From: Candidatus Omnitrophota bacterium
GTDB taxonomy: Bacteria > Omnitrophota > Gorgyraeia > Zapsychrales > Fredricksoniimonadaceae
NCBI GenBank assembly: GCA_028865345.1
Contig: JAGWKL010000001.1
Location: 1 to 61,295, forward strand
DNA length: 61,295 bases
Direction: 5' to 3'
A program made the position numbers and the translations under genes. Positions 48,001 through 54,130 of this stretch are shown here, one piece after another. How positions within the stretch are numbered: the stretch's first letter is position 1; the number at the start of each line of letters is the position of its first letter. The notes beneath the pieces were generated by a model. The model saw nothing but the letters and a program-made list of their open reading frames with translations. It ran no database searches and had not been told where the DNA came from.

Positions 48001-48443
48001 TAAATCAATGACGCCGTGATCTGTTTGAGCATGTAATCTTCTGCAAGCAAGTCGCGGCCCATTTCGGTCAAACCAAAGCTCTGAGGAATGATTCTATTTT
48101 TTTCATAGGGGCTTAAATTGACCCAAAGGTCCTTTTCAGGGACAGTCAGGCCGGTCAGGAAATACTTGATCAGCTTCAAAGATTCCTCTCTGAGCCCAGC
48201 AGAGCCCAACCGGCTGTCGCCTTTATCAAGGATAAAGTCGAATTGAAAAGGATTGTCAGAATGGACTTTGATGCCCTTTAGAATGGGGGGATTAAACTCC
48301 GGGCTTAAAGGGACCATTGCCCCAGGTTTTGGCAAAACGAATTCCTGGGCTTCGGACACGGGGATCGGCCCAAGCCCATTGACCAAAAAGGCAAAAACCA
48401 GCCCTAAAGTCATTCCGAGTCTTAAATTTAAATGCTTTGGCAT
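45021..48443 (-). CDS. 1140-aa secreted multidomain protein of unknown function with C-terminal class I SAM-methyltransferase-like domain
   Basis: Signal peptide MPKHLNLRLGMTLGLVFAFLVNGLGPIPVSEA. Methyltransferase motifs at aa ~905-1020: VILDWGGGDG (motif I), VLSHD, FILDDAENLP, VDIIFSHIGLVHF, LKSGGVL. Terminal block GGIDL...FHLDPAML..LQNASGFVPVIINIQP. More AT-rich than flanking housekeeping genes. Confidence 0.75.
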   Translation of the reverse strand: MPKHLNLRLGMTLGLVFAFLVNGLGPIPVSEAQEFVLPKPGAMVPLSPEFNPPILKGIKVHSDNPFQFDFILDKGDSRLGSAGLREESLKLIKYFLTGLTVPEKDLWVNLSPYEKNRIIPQSFGLTEMGRDLLAEDYMLKQITASLIYPDGKTGREFWKRVYEEAARKYGTTNVPVNTFNKVWIVPQKAVVYENVEAGTAYVVQARLKVMLEQDYLSLEKHQRTTADGVNSLGSRIVRQIVIPQLTREVNEDKNFAPLRQVYNSLILAAWYKKKIKDSILAQVYADKDKIAGVGYGKTIDVASIYHRYLQAFKKGVFNFVQEDTDPVTDRQMPRKYFSGGFDATDFAQMVLKTTANIDYAQLAESPRSFFKITAGFSMAFGQKHNTPMNMQEWDKGWDKVTFEQVDSRFNQWVQSGQMDLQDLSVLKQILSGNEKTLKKLIRNSNGKVDIKAIDKQSPRLNGRTVYLRLSKPFFTSHGEITVLSIKGARPVTQGLEVRSHFGAGFVEAPFAVDHEGNLLVKARPLLSENVKPWSLKSFLSHRTNRQIDPTSLTPQGTMLQSMAEKTYDLMETGQEGKGFETDYPIAVGQWKNISHAGRPVGFVISGLHGEDIRINLQVPVVNPDNLVYNIITGRQMDTAFKESEKIYKAMGRSMRAYHDSGYFHQYPHNENWGVEFTSGHAIQVVLRDLDTTVTRREIRGKDPVSVESAYRLMDIQRIIHDITSRTARGMITPSVRNSIVKPLVTQFLEGYFYDLNFKGDRFKKLVSDVLSEKFRMMRADAAKDGHLVLNGQEQTFGHLWGLLYKSSEISRAHAENPARQKASPAMSATVRRHGNVLTTLSDQDYHEIVRSPSQYYVRKDKQGKAELSPVEKKWQMVSSLLNVVNYELGILGKIEEIHQINGMKPLVILDWGGGDGTAAVELHHELEKNGIPHHIYVLSHDYFPDWEVAPSGITFILDDAENLPEYSRYLGKGSVDIIFSHIGLVHFLANTDFRVQGQDKAGHIRYLESLLKSGGVLRFDKYPVSNQKLLELGFPAQKTRGPGFVEFEKGQAAGLEAGNVRKYGGIDLTAGRMHLQTKATGSRFSPGIRFHLDPAMLAQLQNASGFVPVIINIQPVTSLRLFLGLTDAQTRSTSPIDTSV

Positions 48444-48502
48444 ATAAGAGAAGTATGGAATATTAAAGGGACTTTTGCCAATTTTTATGGACCAATTATA
48501 AA

Positions 48503-48973
48503 TTACGGCAGGTGAAGGGATTTCCTTTTAGAAATTAAAGGCGGACAGAGGCGAAACCAATGGGCCAATTTGATATTTTTTATTTTAATACCTTTCATGA
48601 AATTAAGGTAAAGCCGCCTGATGGAACGCCGGAATTCTTTAAAAGTCTGATCCGCTTTCATTTCGTTCACCCAGCTGCTGGTAATGACGACGTCGTAAGG
48701 ATCGCCGGGTGTGACGTGATCGAATTCCAGAAACCTGGGGCTTTTATAATCGAAGACATCGAGAGGCATTCCGGTGTAAGCGCAGGTAAAGTCGTAGCGG
48801 CGGACATAGTCAACAAGCTTTTCGCGGACCCCGGGCGGGAACCTTTCATTTGAGATCCTGGCGCTGAAATAGGAGCAGAAGCGGCAATATACCGTTTTGA
48901 TGGAAAAAACGGGCCTCCTGGTACACATGCAGCATTTTTTGAGCGGCTTTTTAAGCGATTTTTTGGGCATCAC
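48503..48973 (-). CDS. Cys-rich small protein with degenerate HNH (His-Me finger)-like motif
   Basis: Lys-rich N-terminus, CCMC...CRFC, then CAYTGMPLD...FLEFDHVTPG...WVNEMK, resembling the C-x-Y-C-G ... D-H ... N..K layout of HNH nucleases. AGGAG lies 6 nt upstream of the ATG. Confidence 0.45.
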   Translation of the reverse strand: MMPKKSLKKPLKKCCMCTRRPVFSIKTVYCRFCSYFSARISNERFPPGVREKLVDYVRRYDFTCAYTGMPLDVFDYKSPRFLEFDHVTPGDPYDVVITSSWVNEMKADQTFKEFRRSIRRLYLNFMKGIKIKNIKLAHWFRLCPPLISKRKSLHLP

Positions 48974-49011
48974 AGCTCCTGAATTAAGTTGTGTGTCACT
49001 AAATTATTCAT

Positions 49012-49332
49012 TTAAAGCATTAAAATCCGTAAACCTTTATTTTCTATAAGTTGCAGAAGCCTGCAGTTGGCCCCTCCAGGGGTTTTGGCGCCTATTTCCC
49101 ATTTCTGGATCGTACTTTCACTGGCATTTAAAAAACGAGCCAAAACGGCCTGGCTGACACGAAGTTTTCGTCTCAAGCGGACCACATCCCTGCCCGTATA
49201 ATGTTTGGGCGCAGGATATTTAATTTTGTTAAACTCCCTTATACTCATAGAGACATCTTTTATTTCATTGGCCGCATGAAGCTCTTCTTCCACCATATCA
49301 AGGACCATAGACTTAAAATTATTTTTTCTCAT
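49012..49332 (-). CDS. higA: HTH (XRE-type) antitoxin, HigA-like
   Basis: LRRKLRVSQAVLARFLNASESTIQKWEIGAKTPGGANCRLLQLIE. Overlaps the upstream toxin gene by 14 nt. Confidence 0.7.
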   Translation of the reverse strand: MRKNNFKSMVLDMVEEELHAANEIKDVSMSIREFNKIKYPAPKHYTGRDVVRLRRKLRVSQAVLARFLNASESTIQKWEIGAKTPGGANCRLLQLIENKGLRILML

Positions 49333-49693
49333 ATTTTATCTCCGTAAAATTTCTGAGCCCTACTTGTTTCTTGATTTCATCTTCAGAATAATTTTCGTAC
49401 GTATCAGACAATATCTTCAAACTCTTATAAATATCCTCATCTATATTGTCCCGCACATTCTTAGGATATACCAAACAAAATACAATCCGCTCATCTTTCT
49501 GCCAGAAAAATATATTTCTAAATCCCCCGCTTTTCCCCTGCCCATCTTTAGCTCCTCTTATTTTGTACAACTTAAAACCAAGAGATATGGCCCTGTCTTT
49601 AAAAACATCGTCCAGCACTGCCTTTACATATTCATCGCTTAAACCATTGTTCTTTAAATCCCTTTCAAATTTCTTATTTTTAAAGAATTTCAT
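49319..49693 (-). CDS. higB: RelE/HigB-family toxin (toxin-first module)
   Basis: LYKIRGAKDGQGKSGGFRNIFFW...RIVFCLVYPKN: the GKSGG-F/Y-R signature of RelE-like (DUF1044-type) toxins. Upstream of its HTH partner. Confidence 0.65.
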   Translation of the reverse strand: MKFFKNKKFERDLKNNGLSDEYVKAVLDDVFKDRAISLGFKLYKIRGAKDGQGKSGGFRNIFFWQKDERIVFCLVYPKNVRDNIDEDIYKSLKILSDTYENYSEDEIKKQVGLRNFTEIKYEKK

Positions 49694-49713
49694 TTCCGCC
49701 TTTACAATTCAAG

Positions 49714-49732
49714 TGTAGCACTAGGTGTTACA
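49714..49732 (-). promoter_or_regulatory. palindromic candidate operator upstream of higB
   Basis: TGTAGCAC-TAG-GTGTTACA (7 of 8 arm positions complementary), 21-39 nt upstream of the higB ATG. Confidence 0.35.
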
Positions 49733-49840
49733 AAATCCAAGAATTAATTTTAATCCAATTAAAAATGCGCCATTAAATAGAAGCGAACCGGCGACTTTGA
49801 GGCACCGGCTTTCTTACCGGCAAAGCATGATCTTTCTTAC

Positions 49841-49960
49841 GGGGGATTAGTTTATTTCAAATGTGTTGGGGGAACACATGGGATTAAGCTTATCACGATG
49901 GAGACGGGCTGTCAATTCCACCAGGGCCCTGTCCCCATTTTAAGGACTGTCGCCTTCTAC
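49841..49960. repeat. cassette-junction repeat, full copy C1 (C2 at 51024-51138; short copy at 50397-50419)
   Basis: Hand-aligned at about 88 percent to 51024-51138. Starts 3 nt after the stop of the 49963-50370 gene. Confidence 0.8.
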
Positions 49961-49962
49961 TA

Positions 49963-50370
49963 TCAAAAAGGCCTGACGATGACCATGAAAATAATGCCGG
50001 CGGTCAATAAGAAAAGCCCCGCGATGAAAACAGGCATTGCCAGGACAGGCACGGTATTCAAATCATAATAACGGCGGATATTAGCCGCAAAAATGCCATG
50101 CAGGCCTGAAAGAAGCACGACAAGACCGGCTTTGACCATGAGCCAGTGGGTCTGGTACCAGCCGCCTGCCATGGCCAAATATATACCCGTTGCCCATACC
50201 AACAGTATGCCGGGAAGGGACAACAACTTTTCCCAAGAACGCAAAATTTGAACCGCCGGCGATGTTTGGACCTTTTGTTGAGCGGCCAACAATAACAGGC
50301 TTTGTAAAAAAAGGCCTGTACACCAAATCATCCCTGAGCAGACATGAACCCATTTAACGATATCATACAT
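49963..50370 (-). CDS. small four-TM membrane protein (CopD/HemJ-like topology, function unknown)
   Basis: 135 aa with four hydrophobic helices. HWLMVKAGLVVLLSGLHG resembles the W-L-H-x-K...H helix of the HemJ/CopD-like families (weak). Confidence 0.5.
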   Translation of the reverse strand: MYDIVKWVHVCSGMIWCTGLFLQSLLLLAAQQKVQTSPAVQILRSWEKLLSLPGILLVWATGIYLAMAGGWYQTHWLMVKAGLVVLLSGLHGIFAANIRRYYDLNTVPVLAMPVFIAGLFLLTAGIIFMVIVRPF

Positions 50371-50396
50371 AACATCCCTTTCTTATGCCCCGCCTG

Positions 50397-50419
50397 CATT
50401 TTGGGACCTGTCCCCTTCT
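50397..50419. repeat. cassette-junction repeat, short copy C3 (core only)
   Basis: CATTTTGGGACCTGTCCCCTTCT compared with CATTTTAGGGACTGTCCCCTTCT (51114-51136) and CATTTTAAGGACTGTCGCCTTCT (49936-49958). Ends 1 nt before the brnA stop codon. Confidence 0.65.
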
Positions 50420-50420
50420 C

Positions 50421-50675
50421 TTATACCGTCTGTGCAACCTTATGTAATATCTCAGAAATAAAGGTCTGGTAACCCACGCCTAATTTAGCGGCTTTCTGTT
50501 TTAAGGTCTCAAGATCATACTTATTAACTCTGATATTTAACACCGCGTCTTTTCTGCGTTGTGCAAGAGATTGGGCAATATCATTAAATTCTTTCTTACC
50601 CACACTGATATATTCTCCTTTTAACAAGGCTTCTTCAATTGCCTTTTCTTGCCTGGTCAATTTAATAGTTCTCAT
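50421..50675 (-). CDS. brnA: BrnA-like ribbon-helix-helix antitoxin
   Basis: LNIRVNKYDLETLKQKAAKLGVGYQTFISEILHK. 4-nt overlap with brnT. Confidence 0.7.
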   Translation of the reverse strand: MRTIKLTRQEKAIEEALLKGEYISVGKKEFNDIAQSLAQRRKDAVLNIRVNKYDLETLKQKAAKLGVGYQTFISEILHKVAQTV

Positions 50676-50935
50676 ATTATTTTCCCCTCCCTATATAATT
50701 TCGTGTACCTGCGGCTCGGATATAACGTTTTTAAGAACCGCGCTTTTTCAGTTTCTACAAAAGGCACAAGCCAAATATAACCTTTATAATCAATCAACAT
50801 CAATTTCTGGTTATTTCTTCCGGGATGATCTTTTATATCTATCAGCTTGCCTCCCGTCAGCTCCTCAAACGAAACTCCCCTGGCCTTTTTTAACCGTTCA
50901 TTCTTTAACGGATCCCAAAGTATTTCCTTCATCAC
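50672..50935 (-). CDS. brnT: BrnT (DUF497) toxin
   Basis: ILWDPLKNERLKKARGVSFEE is the W-D-x-x-K-N...G-V-S-F-E-E opening of DUF497/BrnT proteins. Confidence 0.7.
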   Translation of the reverse strand: MMKEILWDPLKNERLKKARGVSFEELTGGKLIDIKDHPGRNNQKLMLIDYKGYIWLVPFVETEKARFLKTLYPSRRYTKLYREGKII

Positions 50936-50959
50936 AGATTGTCCTATCCTGTATATACA

Positions 50960-50988
50960 AATGTATCATCAAGACATAGCCATGTCAA
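50960..50988 (-). promoter_or_regulatory. candidate sigma-70 promoter of brnTA
   Basis: Minus strand TTGACA, 17 nt, TACATT, flanked by direct repeats ATGTCTCTTGA / ATGTCTTGA that could be BrnA operators. Confidence 0.45.
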
Positions 50989-51023
50989 GAGACATCATCC
51001 GTACAGTTTTAAAAATAAATTCA

Positions 51024-51138
51024 GGGGGATTTATTAAAACGTGTTGGGGAAACACGCGGCATCAAGCTTATCACGATGGAGATGGGCTGTCAATTCAACC
51101 AGGGCACTGTCCCCATTTTAGGGACTGTCCCCTTCTAC
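51024..51138. repeat. cassette-junction repeat, full copy C2
   Basis: See C1. Contains the 11-nt palindrome GGGACTGTCCC. Overlaps the last codons of the RES remnant. Confidence 0.8.
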
Positions 51139-51378
51139 CGCTTTTTTGCTACTTCTACGACGCTTTATTTTATATGGCGACCTAATTCCATATTTAACGG
51201 TGTCAACATTGCGCAAGTGAACTTCTTCGACTTTTACTGATGGAAAGAAACGCATGTCATCCAATAAAGTTAGATTATACCCACTTGTAGATAAAGAACT
51301 TTTATAAATTACTCCCTCATATTTCTCCATTTTAAAGATTTCTGTTAAATATTGTGTAGCCACATAATCAACACTCAT
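51118..51378 (-). pseudogene. C-terminal remnant of a RES-domain toxin
   Basis: YVATQYLTEIFKMEKYEGVIYKSSLSTSGYNLTLLDD resembles the Ser-containing C-terminal half of RES domains (..tQ.l......G.dGi.y.S....g.N.vlf). The Arg/Glu-bearing N-terminal half and the Xre partner are absent. The tail (KAVEGDSP) is read from the repeat. Confidence 0.45.
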
Positions 51379-51476
51379 TTCTCTATCTGATACTGGTCTA
51401 GAGAAAGCTTGGTCAAAATATGGATGGATGTGGATTGAAAAAGAAGGCGTTTTACAACTGGATTTGGACTGTCTGG

Positions 51477-51639
51477 TTAGCCTTTGGAGACAATTTTTGA
51501 GCGCTGCTGGAGGCCCGCCGGCCTTCGTCGCCGATTCAGAAACACAGCCGCCGAAGGCGGCGTTGTGTTTCTGAAATATTAGAAAAGGCCGGCGGAAAAA
51601 GCCGACCCGCAGCCGAAAAAATTTGTCTCCAAAGGCTAA
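51477..51639. repeat. 163-nt long-palindrome (MITE-like) element
   Basis: 17-nt perfect terminal inverted repeats TTAGCCTTTGGAGACAA / TTGTCTCCAAAGGCTAA. Nested arms CCCGCCGGCCTT / AAGGCCGGCGGA and TTCAGAAACACAGCCGCC-GAAG-GCGGCGTTGTGTTTCTGAA. Shares GCCGCCGAAGGCGGC with repeat copy A. Confidence 0.75.
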
Positions 51640-51650
51640 GCGAATGAAAA

Positions 51651-51684
51651 TAAAAAAGCCCTCTAAAATCAGAGGGCTTTTTTA
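51651..51684 (-). terminator. bidirectional rho-independent terminator after rplQ
   Basis: AAAAAA-AGCCCTCT-AAAATC-AGAGGGCT-TTTTTT, 19 nt past the rplQ stop. Confidence 0.8.
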
Positions 51685-51702
51685 ATTATATGACTGCAGA
51701 GC

Positions 51703-52278
51703 TTATTCTCCGCCGGTCTTGCGCTGGAAGAGCTTTCTGACACCGGTCGGCTTGGCCTTGGCCTTAGAGGTGGCTTTAACATCCCCTTTATGCCCCCCTG
51801 CCGCTGCAGAAGCAGCAGGCGCCGCAGGTTTAGTCTCAGCTTCGCTCACCGTCTTGGCATCTCCGGCGTCCTTTGTTTCCTTAACAGCTTTGACGCGCTT
51901 AAGGCCGGTGATGATCTCCTTGGCTTTTTCCGTCAGTTCCAGGAATGCCAATGCGGCATTGTCGCCGCCACGCTGCATATACGGGATGATACGCGTATAG
52001 CCCCCCTGACGGGACATAAACCGCGGGGCCGTCTCTTTGAATAACCGGGAAACCAGAGCATGATCGCAAAGAACGGCAAAGGCCCGGCGGCGCGCCGCCA
52101 GGGTGTCTTTTTTGCCCAGGGTGATCAGCTTTTCTATGAGCTTCCTGGCCTCCTTGGCTTTGGCACGCGTGGTGCAGATGCGTTCCTGCACGAGCACGGC
52201 ACGGGCCATGTCGCGCAAGGTCGCTTTTCTTAAACTCTTATTACGGCTTAACCGGTTGCCTTCCTTGGCGTGTCTCAT
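51703..52278 (-). CDS. rplQ: 50S ribosomal protein L17 with ~70-aa Ala/Lys-rich C-terminal extension
   Basis: MRHAKEGNRLSRNKSLRKATLRDMARAVL...TTRAKAKEARK core, then AKEIITGLKRVKAVKETKDAGDAK...KAKAKPTG tail. Confidence 0.95.
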   Translation of the reverse strand: MRHAKEGNRLSRNKSLRKATLRDMARAVLVQERICTTRAKAKEARKLIEKLITLGKKDTLAARRRAFAVLCDHALVSRLFKETAPRFMSRQGGYTRIIPYMQRGGDNAALAFLELTEKAKEIITGLKRVKAVKETKDAGDAKTVSEAETKPAAPAASAAAGGHKGDVKATSKAKAKPTGVRKLFQRKTGGE

Positions 52279-52279
52279 A

Positions 52280-53269
52280 TTATTTGACCCTTAATTTTTT
52301 GGTATCAACCTTCATGCCCAGGCCTAAGCCCATGGCTTTAAGGATGTCCTGGATTTCCGTCAATGATTTCTTGCCGAAATTACGGAACTCCAGCAGCTCC
52401 GCTTCCTGGCGGCGGACCAGATCGCCGATCGTCTTGATATTGGCGTCCTTGAGGCAGTTGGACGAACGCACGGAAAGTTCCAGCTCGGAGATCGGCAGCC
52501 GCAGCTTGGTATACAAAGCCTCTTCTTCGGCGGAAACCTCCTCCTGGACTTCTTCCTCTTCGGGCAACTGGCCGTAGGCCACGAACACATCCAGGTGGCG
52601 CTGCAGGATATTGGCGCCGTATAACAGCGCTTCCTTGGGATTGATGGCGCCGTTGGTGAAAATCTCGACCAGCAGGCGGTCATAGTCCGTGCGCTGGCCG
52701 ACGCGGGTGTTTTCGACGGTAAAATTGACCTTGACAATCGGGGTGAAAATGGAATCCACCACGATGGTGCCCACCGGGGCGCCTTCCTTTTTATTTTGCT
52801 CCGCCGGCACGTAACCGCGGCCGCGGGAAATTTCCAGTTCCATGTTGAAAGGGATGTCCTGGGTCAAGGTCAGCAAATGGTGGTCGGGATTCAATATCTC
52901 GATGATCTCATCGGAGATGATGTCCCGGGCCTTGACCTCGCCTTTTTTATTGACCTTGATATAGATGGTCTTGGGTGTCTTGGAATGCGAACGCACGACC
53001 AGGGCCTTGATGTTCAGGATGATCTCCGTCACGGATTCCAGGATGCCGGGCATGGTCGAAAACTCGTGGGACACGCCTTCGATACGGATCGAGGTCACGG
53101 CAGAGCCTTCGATGGATGACAATAAGATACGGCGCAGGGAATTGCCCAAGGTAACGCCATAGCCGCGTTCAAAAGGCTCGGCCACAAATTTACCGTACGT
53201 GTTGGTATAACTGCTCTCTTCGCAATCCAGCCTTTTGGGCATTTGAAAATCGCGCCATTTGACACCCAT
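52280..53269 (-). CDS. rpoA: DNA-directed RNA polymerase subunit alpha
   Basis: GKFVAEPFERGYGVTLGNSLRRILLSSIEGSAVTSIRIEGVSHEF. C-terminal domain LSVRSSNCLK. Start at MGVKWRDF (ATG 53269). Confidence 0.95.
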   Translation of the reverse strand: MGVKWRDFQMPKRLDCEESSYTNTYGKFVAEPFERGYGVTLGNSLRRILLSSIEGSAVTSIRIEGVSHEFSTMPGILESVTEIILNIKALVVRSHSKTPKTIYIKVNKKGEVKARDIISDEIIEILNPDHHLLTLTQDIPFNMELEISRGRGYVPAEQNKKEGAPVGTIVVDSIFTPIVKVNFTVENTRVGQRTDYDRLLVEIFTNGAINPKEALLYGANILQRHLDVFVAYGQLPEEEEVQEEVSAEEEALYTKLRLPISELELSVRSSNCLKDANIKTIGDLVRRQEAELLEFRNFGKKSLTEIQDILKAMGLGLGMKVDTKKLRVK

Positions 53270-53386
53270 GATGACTCTCCTTGATGTTTTATGTCCCCGT
53301 CCGGCGGTCAGACCGGCGGTCATACGAGGTTAATAAACTTGCTTACGAAAACCAAAAGAGCGTTGCTAAAGCCTTGTATAAAATTT

Positions 53387-54013
53387 TTATCTGCTGTACA
53401 ACTCGACGACGAGCTGTTCGTTGACGGTAAAGGTCACGTCTTCCCGTGTCGGCATGCGCACGACCTTGATCTTCAAATTACCGCCGTCCGCTTCCAGCCA
53501 CGCGGGGACCTTACGTTCCTTGGTGACTTCGACGTTGGCCTTGAGCTGCGCTGTGGTTTTGGTGTCGGTCTTGATCTCGACCGTATCATTGGGCTTGACC
53601 AAATAGGAGGCGATATTGACACGGCGCCCGTTGACCGACACATGATTATGGCTGACGATCTGGCGGCCGTCGGTGCGCGACTTGGCAAATCCGGCGTTAA
53701 AAAGCACGCTGTCCAGGCGGCGTTCCAGGAATTGCAATAAAATATGGCCGGTCACGCCCTTGGTGGCGGTGGCTTTCAAAAAGTAATTGCGGAACTGCGT
53801 TTCTAAAACACCGTAGATGCGCTTGATCTTTTGCTTCTCGCGCATCTGAATACCGAAGTTGGAGAGCTTGCCCTTCTTTAAACCATGCTGCCCCGGAGCG
53901 TACTCACGGCGGGCTACCGCACACTTATGCGTATAGCAGCGGGTTCCTTTCAAAAAAAGTTTTTCGCCTTCGCGGCGGCAAAGACGGCAATCCGGTCCTA
54001 AATCACGCCCCAT
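53387..54013 (-). CDS. rpsD: 30S ribosomal protein S4
   Basis: CRLCRREGEKLFLKG..C ... S4 RNA-binding domain RLDSVLF. Confidence 0.95.
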   Translation of the reverse strand: MGRDLGPDCRLCRREGEKLFLKGTRCYTHKCAVARREYAPGQHGLKKGKLSNFGIQMREKQKIKRIYGVLETQFRNYFLKATATKGVTGHILLQFLERRLDSVLFNAGFAKSRTDGRQIVSHNHVSVNGRRVNIASYLVKPNDTVEIKTDTKTTAQLKANVEVTKERKVPAWLEADGGNLKIKVVRMPTREDVTFTVNEQLVVELYSR

Positions 54014-54130
54014 ATACTGTTTACATCCTTTCCCATTTTTGTCACACCGAGCTTGTCAGCCGTATCCATATCAACATGGATTTCCCGTTGGGAAGTGACG
54101 ACCAGTCCCCAAAGGCGGGGACATTATAAT

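Noticed and set aside
49841-51138. Idea that the cassette-junction repeats are integron attC sites, making this a CALIN or sedentary integron array. It is attractive because integron arrays are rich in co-oriented TA cassettes.
   Set aside because: No intI gene or attI is in the window. In gene orientation the repeat does not start with an RYYYAAC inverse core or end with GTTRRRY. The only GTTGGGG/CCCCAAC strings sit at the wrong end. The imperfect long stem seen in C1 is not maintained by compensatory changes in C2. I keep it only as a remote alternative, to be tested with attC covariance models (IntegronFinder).
126-51639. Whether any of the repeat families (126-397/28176-28397, 12543-12640/43405-43502, 49841-49960/51024-51138) form a CRISPR array.
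   Set aside because: The copies are 100-270 nt long and kilobases apart. They are not separated by uniform short spacers, and no cas genes are present.
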